A stretch of DNA of 64,000 bases, from the NCBI GenBank assembly GCA_951406725.2, contig OX597831.1, positions 13,144,001-13,208,000 of the forward strand, written 5' to 3'. Source of the stretch: Octopus vulgaris. Taxonomy: Eukaryota. The notes beneath the pieces are model-generated. The model did not search any database and was not told the DNA's origin. It worked only from the letters and a program-made list of their open reading frames with translations. The first letter of the stretch is position 1, and the number at the start of each line of letters is the position of its first letter. A program made the position numbers and the translations under genes. Below are positions 53,716 to 64,000 of this stretch, in pieces.

Positions 53716-54229
53716 AAATGCCCTAATGTAATACCAAGTACTGGCTCTCACGGCTTCTGATCTTAACTGATTGGAAGTGCTATCATGTACATTGTTTTGT
53801 CTTGGTATAAAAGATAGGCTGCAGCAAATATTCTGCTCAATACCACAGATTTGCTTGTCAGTTGTTTGCCCTTAACCAGTTGAGCATGTCCCTTAGTGGC
53901 TGACGATATGTGCATCTCTGATCACGAGCAGAGATAGTGGGGGAGCATCATAGCCATGTGTTGAGAGGAATTCTTAGAGGTTTGGATAATTTACCTCTGG
54001 AATCATGGGTGTTTCATTCAACATCCTTAAACAACCCTTATTCAGGGACCTTTTGAGTGGCCCCCCACCTGCAAGGTCATGCGCTGTTTATCTTCATATG
54101 AGATTACCATATCGCGCACATATGTGTCTGGTGTACCTTTATCAGACGGGTAGTAATGATGGGTATACTGGGCTTCGTATATTTGTACCCCAGTGTCACT
54201 TTGATGGCATGAACTGCTCTCTCACTCAA

Positions 54230-54271
54230 TAATGATAATAATAATAATGATGATGATGATGATGGTGATGG

Positions 54272-54342
<71 letters not shown>

Positions 54343-54360
54343 CTGATGATGATGATGATG

Positions 54361-54393
<33 letters not shown>

Positions 54394-54400
54394 GTGATGA
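54230..54400. repeat. (TAA)n/(TGA)n tract
   Basis: Seen directly in the sequence. Confidence 0.97.
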
Positions 54401-54402
54401 TA

Positions 54403-55635
54403 GCACTGACACCTTTATCTGACATACCAAACAGAACTGTATGTGAATACAACTGTTAAGGCAAAACAAACAGCCACCTCTTATATATGGATGATCTAAA
54501 ACTGTACGCTACAAATGCTTAACTGCTGGAAACAATAGTCCAGGCAGTACATGGATTTACCGAAGAAATAAACATGTAAGTTGGCTTCGAAAAACGTGCC
54601 AAAGCAACCTTGAAAAGAGGAAAAGTAATTACGAGTAACAACATCACACTAGATAAAGCAAATGAAATAAGAGAATTAGACCAAAGCCAGATGTACAAAT
54701 AATTAGGAATCAATGAACTAGATATGACAGAACACACACGAATGAAAGAAATGATAAGAAAGGAATACTATTGACGATACTGATACTGAGACTGATACTG
54801 AAAACAGAGCTCAACACGAAAACATGATAATTATTTATCAACGCTCAAGCCGTCCCAGTTATAAGTTGCAGCTATATTATTCTTAACCGGACTCTAAATG
54901 AATTGATCAAAATAGACAGGAGAAGAGGAAAAGTAATGACAGAATCTAGAATGCACCACCCAAAATATGACACAGAAAGGTTATATATACAACGTTTAGA
55001 AGGTGGTAGAGGCCTTATACAGCTAGAACACTATTACGGAATAAACAACATAGGGCTACAGAAATACACACTTCGGAAGCAAGGAAAACTAATAGAAATA
55101 GCCACGAAACACGAACGAAACAAAAATCTGTTTTCAGTCATTAAGGAAGCTGACAAATACAAAAAAAAAAAGGAGTCATAGTACCAAACATCTATAAAGA
55201 AAAAGAAGAAACAACAAAAGCTGTAAGACAACCGGAATACAAACTAAAAATTGGAATAGCAATGGATCATGATAAAATGAAGGCAAGAAAAGCCTCCTCA
55301 TGGCAAACACTGGGTTAAAATAACAGAAAGGAAATTGACAACAATGGCCGAGAAGCTAAGGACTCAAAGTAGAAACCGAAGGATTTTTAATTGCAGTATA
55401 AGATCAAAGCCTCCCCACCAGAAATTACCAGAAGTAACTGCAGAATATGTGATGGAGAAGAAATGATAAATAATATTGTCTCTTGCTGCCCAGTCCTGTC
55501 TAAGAAGAAATATATTCACAGACACGACAGAGCTGAGATCTATATACACTGGAATAACAACAGAAAAATGATGGTATATGGCCACGCCAGAAAAGGTCAC
55601 AGAAAATGAGAACACAATCATAATCTGGGATATAC
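54403..55635 (+). pseudogene. R4/Dong-clade LINE RT-to-RLE fragment
   Basis: HLLYMDDLKLYA, GFEKRAK, MHHPKYDTERLYIQRLEGGRGL and CRICDGEEMINNIVSCCPVLSKKKYIHRHD. Confidence 0.9.
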
Positions 55636-56265
55636 CATCTATCTATCCATCAATCTATACATGCGCGCGTGTGTGTGTGTATGTGTATGTGTGTGTAAGT
55701 GCGTGAATATACATGCGTGTGCATGTGTATGTACATACATATATATGCAACGATGCACACATATAGTAAATATATATACGTATGTAAATGTCTCTCGCGC
55801 TAACTCTGTCTCTGCCCGTCTCTTTTTCTCTGTGCATTTTACTCTGTATTAAATTTTCTCGGAAGTGTTGTTGGTTGTACGGTGTAGCATGAAGTGTGAA
55901 CTAGATAGAGATGGTATGATAAGTAATGCTATAAAATGCTGGCAAGGATTCGGTTACATATTTTAATATACTGAGTTCAGGTTAATGAAAATATCACTTG
56001 TCCAAGGAGTCACTGAGTGACAAGTAACCCATGGATTGTGCTTGCGAATCAAACATCTTAACTGAAGAGCTATAATGCAGCTGCCTTAATGAACACGCGT
56101 ACACACAGTCATACAAACAGACGTAAGGCTTACATACATTCATAAATGCACACTGGTGCACTCTCACATATGTGTAGCTATGTGCGTGTGTGTGTGTATG
56201 TGTTCGGGTGCGTCTGTGCGCGCCTCCACGTGTATATGTACATAAATATGTGCAATATATGTAGG

Positions 56266-56307
<42 letters not shown>

Positions 56308-56503
56308 GTATATATATATGTACATACATATGCATGTATATATATATACATATATACATACACACACACATATATATATGTATTTATACCTGCATACGTA
56401 TGTACATATATATATACATACACATATACATACGTACATACATAAATATATATATATGAGTGGACAAACGAAAGGAGGTGCACCCAACGCATTTATCTGT
56501 CTA

Positions 56504-56542
<39 letters not shown>

Positions 56543-57574
56543 GGGGGGTGGGGTGTATGCATGCGTGTGTATGTATATATATGCAACGACACACCCATAT
56601 AATAAATATATATATGTATAGTGTATGTATATACATGCATAGGTTTGTATATATGAGTGTGTGTGTGTAAGTGTGTGCGTATGTGTGTATGCATGCATAC
56701 ATACCCTGACATACACACGTGCCCCCACCAATTACACACTCATATACTCACGCACACATAAAAACACACACACAAACGTACACATATATATATATACGCG
56801 TACACAATATGTGTATATATGTGTGCTTATGAACCTATGTGGGTGCCTGTGTTTGTGTGTGTGTGTGTGTGTATTTTTTTTCTCCACGAATGCAGCGATG
56901 ACCCTTAATTGTTTCCAGAAAAATGTCCATTGCAGGCATGATTCTTGTCATGTATTCCGAAAATCAAGTTGTGTTTAAAGAAATAACCTTATTCACATTG
57001 GAAAGAGAAAAGCGAAAGTAAATTAATGAAGGAAAACGTGTACCGTGTAACAACCAACACCCCCACCCCAAGCACCACTACTGTCACCCCCCACCACCAC
57101 CTGTAACAACAGCAACAGCATGAAAACACCTGCATGTGACCTGTATGACTGTATATTATTGCAAAATTCTGACGTATACTGTTGAGAGTAGCTTAAAGTG
57201 CAAACGAAGCTTGAGGTATGAAGAAAGGAGAAGAGAGGGAAAATATCTTCTTAATATGGTTTCCTAACATGTTAATACATACGGAACGTGAATGTTATAA
57301 ACACAATGATATCTGCATGCAAATATAGAAATGTTAAAACCGTACACGCACGTTGCTGAATATAGATTTTGTGTTTCGTATTTATTCCTTTAGCAACGCT
57401 GCTGAAAGAAATCTGGGATATAAGTGGTATTATTATCAAATAAAACAGAACGAAAGACATGGTTGTATTTTATACGAAAGGAGGGGGATGAGGACATCAT
57501 TCGTTGTTTGGGTGGTAGTTAATTGTTACAGAGCGTGACAAAAATACCGTGAAGAATATATATATATATACACC

Positions 57575-57930
57575 CTTTTCTACTCTAGGTACAAGGATTC
57601 AAATTTTGAGGGAGGGGCCAATCGATTAGATCGATCCCAGTACGCAACTGATACTTAATTCTTCAACTCCGAAAGGATGAAAGGCAAAGTCGACCTCGGT
57701 GGAATTTGAACTCAGAACGTAAAGACAGACGAAATACCTATTTCTTTTCTGCCCACAAGGGGCTAAACATAGAGAGGATAAACAAGGACAGACAAACGGA
57801 TTAAGTCGATTACATCAACTTCAGTGCGTAACTGGTACTTATTTAATCGACCCCGAAAGGATGAAAGGCAAAGTCGACCTCGGCGGAATTTGAACTCAGA
57901 ACGTAACGGTAGACGAAACACGGCTCGCCG
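57575..57930 (-). mobile_element. Tandem dimer of SINE family B
   Basis: Two units joined at gacgaaatac|ctatttc (~57737). Confidence 0.9.
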
Positions 57931-57975
57931 CCTTGGACAATAAATAAATAGATATATATATGTATAGACATATAT

Positions 57976-58012
<37 letters not shown>

Positions 58013-58052
58013 AACACACACACACACACATACACACACACACACACACACA

Positions 58053-58093
<41 letters not shown>

Positions 58094-58751
58094 TTAGATC
58101 TTAGTAAATACGTTGACTACTTTGGTAGATGATCGAAACCAACATTATTCTATTATTTTACTCGTCACGATTTCCATTCGAGGATAACATTTTGAAGTCA
58201 TAAATATGGAAGGGAATCTAAGGCGAAATCGTAATTTTTATGAAAATTGAATAACGAAATGTGTTACATATTTAATCAAACTTCAATATATAAGTGGATC
58301 AAAGACATAGCAATTTCCTTTCATTAAAAAACAAAAAAACTAGTACGAATCCCACGATCTCCCAATTAGGCCAGTGTGGGAGATTAAATGTTTGTATTTC
58401 ACCTCCTAAATTATATATTTATAAATGAATTCACTTCTAAAATTCTCATTCGGTGTAAAATGATAAAGCGCGTATTTAACAGTGAACAAATTCTCTTCCT
58501 ACTCCTCCATCTTTTTCTTCTTCTTTGTCTTTCCTCCTCTTCCAATCATCATCCTCATCTTCACCACTACACATCAGAAGAAAAACAAAGCAAAACAAAC
58601 AAAATACAAGCAAAAAGAAACGAGCTAAATTGCATATGGCTTCGTTTTTTTCCTATATAAGCAACGAACATCGACCACCTCGGCTGGTTTCTGTTTTTCT
58701 CTTGATTTCGGTTCTCCTTCGATTGGGGAAACGGATTCAGTTGTGCTAGTA

Positions 58752-58905
58752 TTTCATCTGCCGTTACGTTCTGAGTTCAAATTCCGCCAAGGTCGACTTT
58801 GCTTTTCGGGGTCGATAAATTAAGTACCAGTTGCGTACTGAAATCGATCTAATCGACTGCCCCCACTCCCCCCGAATTTCGGGCCTTGTGCCTAGAGCAG
58901 AAAAG
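58752..58905 (+). mobile_element. SINE family B fragment
   Basis: ccgttacgttctgagttcaaattccgcc...gggccttgtgcctagagcagaaaag. Confidence 0.85.
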
Positions 58906-60479
58906 AATGATCTTTCCTTGAATTGGCGGGTAATTGGTTGATTATTCCACAAACACGTGTTTTCTGAATGCAATTCTCAGTCAGAATCTGTGTAAGACAA
59001 TGTCTAACAAGGCTGGACCTTTAGCTTACAGGCATAACCGTACCGATAGGCTTCTGTATAGTTTCCACTTATACAGATTCTCTGATAAGTTATGATCCGA
59101 TCCGACGCTATACAAAATAGGATTTGCAAAATATCATTTGCTGAAGACGGCACGCAGGGGGCTCAAACTTAGGGCTATGTGTTTCCAAAGCGAGCTTCTT
59201 AACTTTTTGGTCACACTACATAAAATGTTTCTCTGTGTATGACACACAAAGCAACAAGTAATTCTGCGTTTTCGTTCGACCTACAAAATCTAAATCTATT
59301 TGAGAACACACGCTACTGACTTATAAGCGAAATAACATATCCGATCATGGAAATTCAGACCGACAATGTCTGAACAAAATACGGAATGATCGTGGCTGAC
59401 TAATCTTTGTTTATTCGTCAGAATGATATCAGAGCTGACTTCCTACAAAACATGACCAACGAGAACAGTTCTCAATGCGATAAACATGGAAGTAGCAGGT
59501 TTTTAATTTAATGTCAGCGTGACTTTAGTGTGCGATCTTGAGCTGCTGTTTTCGTTTCAATTCATATTTGACAGTAGGTCGTTCTTTTAAATAACGAACG
59601 ATAATATATCTTAATATCTACGTCTGCAAAACTGCCTTGCAACCATCCAATATTACGAAGACAATTTCCTCTTTCGGAATTGAAAAAAAAAAAAAAAAAA
59701 AGAAACAACAACAAAATTTCGATTGTTGGCAAATACAGTAGGAAGTCTTGGATTACATTCAGGAAGTAGACTTTGTTTTATGGGAAATTTGATTTGTTTA
59801 ATCAATAATATAATAAATAGAGTTGTATGAAGCAGAGAGTTAATAAATTATTCAATCAACTTGCATGTATTCCTGACTCACATACTATATTAACACACTT
59901 CATCACAGCATTATTATTAATATCTATATTACATAGAAAGTTTCAAGCCTGCGGGATCATTATTGATTGTTTGGCTTGGCACAGAACCAAGTGTTATATA
60001 AAAATATAATAGATTAGACAGAGAGAGATGAAGGGCAGCGCCCATGACCCCTTTCAAGTCTTCTGTGATTATTGGATAGAAAATGAAGCCGCTATTTTGA
60101 GAGCAGATACATGGTTCAAATTCATGTGGCAGCGAATTCTGCTAAATACACTTAAGATACAGGTGATGGTGCTCAACCGGATTTCCATTTAAGTCCATCA
60201 CCCAGGAACAGTACGATCTTCCAGTATGATTCCAAACAGTTCCTCTCTACCAAATTCTACCCATAAGGCTTTGGTCAATTCAAAGCTTACGGTAAAATGC
60301 ACCTACCCGAGAACTTTACTGTGCCAGACATTGAACCCCACGCGGCACAGCTGCGAATTGGATTCCTTAGTACTACGGCCACACTTAACTAAGTATAACA
60401 GGTCAAAATTTGGTAGGAGTGGTATATAGCTCGCTTGAACTATGTATGTATGTATGTATGTATGTATGTATGTATGTAT

Positions 60480-60713
60480 CTATTTCTTTAGTACCCACAA
60501 GGAGTTAAACACAGAGAGGACAAACAAGGACAGACAAACGCACTAAGTCAATTATATCGACTCCAGTTCGTAACTGGTACTTTATTTAATCGACCCCAAA
60601 AGGATGAAAGGCAAAGTCGACTTCGGCGGAATTTGAACTCAGAACGTACCGGCAGACGAAATATCGCTAAGCATTTCGCCCGGCGTGCTAACGATTCTGC
60701 CAGCTTACCACCT
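60480..60713 (-). mobile_element. SINE family B, full length
   Basis: ctatttctttagtacccacaagg...gtgctaacgattctgccagcttaccacc. Confidence 0.9.
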
Positions 60714-60752
60714 TATCTATCTATCTATTCATCTATCCATCTATCTATCTGT

Positions 60753-61178
60753 TCAGTTCATTATCACTGAAAATTTGGGTATGAGACGCGTGTCTGCCAA
60801 GTTTCTGTCAAAACTGCTTTCAGCTGACCAATAAGAAACCTGGGTTTCAGTTGCACAAGATCGCCTTGATTGTGTCGAGAATAATGAAATGTTTTTGGAA
60901 AATTTGCATAGGCTTCTGTGTAGGTATCGCCGAGCTTTTGGCAAAATTTGATGCAGATTCTCTGCTCAACTTTCTCCGTCATGGTCAATGCGACGATCAA
61001 ACGCTACACACATTTCTTCCAGGAATTGCTGTAAACAGCAGAAGTGAGTTAGACCGTTAACACTTAGTGTGCATATAGAGCAGAGATGAAGGTCAATCTG
61101 TACCAAGCGGCTTTACTGTGCAGTCTTTAGTTTCGTTACTATGGTAACAGTCCGGGTACTTATGTGCTCAGCACGCAC
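60753..61178 (-). mobile_element. Mariner relic, 5' end and transposase N-terminus
   Basis: MTEKVEQRICIKFCQKLG is a typical mariner N-terminus; a TIR-like taagtacccggactg lies near 61150-61165. Confidence 0.78.
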
Positions 61179-61358
61179 TTTTTGGTGTGCTGTCTCTCTA
61201 GCTCGCTTTTACCCCTTTTATCCCTCTCTAAACGATGCAAACCATGATCAGAGAATCAACGAACGCACGAACAAACGAACGAACGAACGAACCAACCAAC
61301 AAACAAAAAAACTAACATTTCTTCGGCCATTATCAGAGATACATTTCTGTACAAATAC

Positions 61359-61415
<57 letters not shown>

Positions 61416-61837
61416 ACAGACAGATACAAATATTGAAATATATGGAGATCACGAGATGCATTTGCTCTCAATAAACGTAAATGAAAGAACGAAGCGATTG
61501 AATACAGTTTTTAGAAAACATGTTACTTGCCCGAAGGTAAATGTATACATAATCGATATTTGATATTACGCTATAAAGAAACCTAATTAATTTTTCGGTT
61601 GAAAATTAACCCCTAAAAAACATCGAAGATTCTAGAAATGTCTGTCTTACGAAATATTTCTCCGGTTTATACCAACAACCTCGACGCATTCAAAGCCATC
61701 TTGAGGCGATCCGTTTGAAATAACTTTATTTTCCATTTATAATTCTGACACCGCTTCTCCAGTACAAAGTTTGCATCAATAGGCTACGGTTACAAAACAG
61801 AAAGTAGGCAAAGAATAGAGTGCAAGCTTACTCTCTC

Positions 61838-61915
<78 letters not shown>

Positions 61916-62252
61916 CTCACACACACATAAATGTATGTATGTATATGTGAGTGTGCATGTGTGCGTATGTCTGAATGTGTGTATCTGTTTTATGTTCAAT
62001 CTCTTCATGATTCGTGATCAAGAAAGAAACAAATTTGAAATTTCTAAAAATTCCTCAGAAAAACTCACACTCACATTTATTTAAGCTGTCCGAACCTTGC
62101 AAGTAACTCTCAATAATAGTCTTGTTAAAGAATGATAAAATTATACTCTGCCATATTTACTGAATTACCCTTCAATTTGATAGAGAATTACTTTTACTAT
62201 AGCACGAAAACAAACGTTAATAAGTACGTATACATGGATGTATATATGTATG

Positions 62253-62394
<142 letters not shown>

Positions 62395-63154
62395 TATATG
62401 TGTGTATATATAAAAAGCCTTCCAAGTCCGCCGATACATTTATTTGTTCACCTCTGGACTATGAAAAGTGTTTGCAATATTTTTGTTGGTCGTAATTATT
62501 CATACTAGTATGTAATTTCTTATGTAATTCCTGGTGAGGCATCTAATTTGTATTTCATGAAGAGTTCTTCGTCTTTGTCTTGGAATGAATTAGACTCCGA
62601 AACAATTTGCATAATGTATATTGGTTCTGTACCAAATTCTTTCCTTTCCTTATACTTCTTATATATATTATTTTTCTGTCTGTAGCTATAACGTTGTAAC
62701 GGAATCCGACCCACGCCATTCCTGGCAAACGGCTTGAATCTACGGTCACTAAAAAAATCCTCTATTAAATCCGAGCGAAATAGAGTTCATTTAATGAGAC
62801 TCCTCTTATTACATCACTTGATGAGATGCTTCTGCATCGAGAGATGCACCATAAGAAGTTGTATAGTTTTTTTTTTTTATCCGCGGCGACGGATCAGTGC
62901 AAGATGTGTCGAAACGATCGTTGTGTGTAAGAAGGTTTCCCGTGGATTCCGTTTTCCATCTCTGTCATTTACTTTATACTCAACGTACACTGCGGAATTC
63001 CTGAAGTAGACACAGCGACAATTTTGAAATTATTGTTGATGATGCCAGGTAATCATAAGCAGTGTAAGTGCTCTATCGGCGTACGACTAGGAACAACACT
63101 TAAAAATTAACTTATATGTATGTATTCATGTATACATGTATATAATTATATACT

Positions 63155-63414
63155 CTTTTACTTGTTTCAGTCATGTGCCTTTATTCGAGCAAATCGACCC
63201 CAGAACTTATTGTTTGTAAGACACACAAACATATACACAGATACATATATACGACAGGCTTCTTTCAGTTTCCGTCAACCAAAACCACTCCCGAGGCTTT
63301 TGTCGGCCCTAGGCTATAGTAGAAGACACTTGCCCAAAGTGCCACGCAGTAGGACTGAACCCGGAACCATGTGGTTGGTAAGCAAGCTACTTACCACACA
63401 GCCACTCCTGCGCT
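63155..63414 (-). mobile_element. SINE family A, internally deleted
   Basis: ttttacttgtttcagtca...ggctatagtagaagacacttgccc...gctacttaccacacagccactcctgcgc. Confidence 0.88.
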
Positions 63415-63424
63415 TATATATATA

Positions 63425-63480
<56 letters not shown>

Positions 63481-63483
<3 letters not shown>

Positions 63484-63710
63484 GAAAAAAACACAAGATG
63501 AAAGCAGGTGGTATACAAAACAAACAGATGTATTAGTATAACGCTCAGGAATAGAAAAGGTCTTTTACGTTTCGATCCTACGCTCTTTTACAGAAAGGGA
63601 CACAGAAAAAAACAAGGAGAGAAAAAAGTGTGTAGTAGCAAACGATCTATGATGGCAACTTCCAGACAGAAGGGTCACACACGAGAGGGAAGAAGTAGGG
63701 GAGATATACA
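63481..63710 (-). mobile_element. Penelope-like pLTR-type insert with a degenerate hammerhead, within a (TA)n tract
   Basis: Minus strand cttt-CTGTAAA-A-GAGC-gtag-GATC-GAAAC-GTA-aaag at 63562-63597; related to 17920-18140. Confidence 0.65.
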
Positions 63711-63735
63711 TATAGATATACATATAGATATACAT

Positions 63736-63880
<145 letters not shown>

Positions 63881-64000
63881 GGATCATAAAACGAATGGTA
63901 GCTTCCTGGTAAAGCGCGCTCACTTTTACAGTGGTCTTTATGTATATGTAATTAAGTAGATAAGATCAGGGGGATATGTTTCATTGCGAACAGAAACTCA

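Noticed and set aside
62818-62842. TTGATGA-GATGC/GCATC-GAGA hammerhead-like hairpin
   Set aside because: It has two core mismatches and no stem III or stem I.

Overview
AT-rich animal DNA dominated by microsatellites and repeats. The SINE, LINE and microsatellite mix strongly resembles an octopus (coleoid cephalopod) genome, inferred from repeat recognition rather than a database hit. There is no prokaryotic gene, CRISPR array or rRNA, and no confidently identifiable host exon; almost all listed ORFs are translations of (TA)n, (CA)n, (TACA)n or trinucleotide repeats. Identifiable content: a 52-bp satellite array at the left end; three families of tRNA-headed SINEs, often nested or tandem; decayed CR1/L2-type, RTE and R4/Dong-type LINE fragments; two mariner relics; a Tigger-like MITE; Helitron-like ends; a GC-rich 70-bp minisatellite; and a 100-N gap. 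The most interesting signal is a set of short inserts in (TA)n tracts that carry degenerate minimal hammerhead-ribozyme motifs and/or long inverted repeats, consistent with Penelope-like pLTR or retrozyme-type elements. One hammerhead core lies directly downstream of a tRNA-like Pol III promoter. A CR1-type LINE shares its 3' tail with the commonest SINE. All coordinates were read by eye and element edges are approximate.
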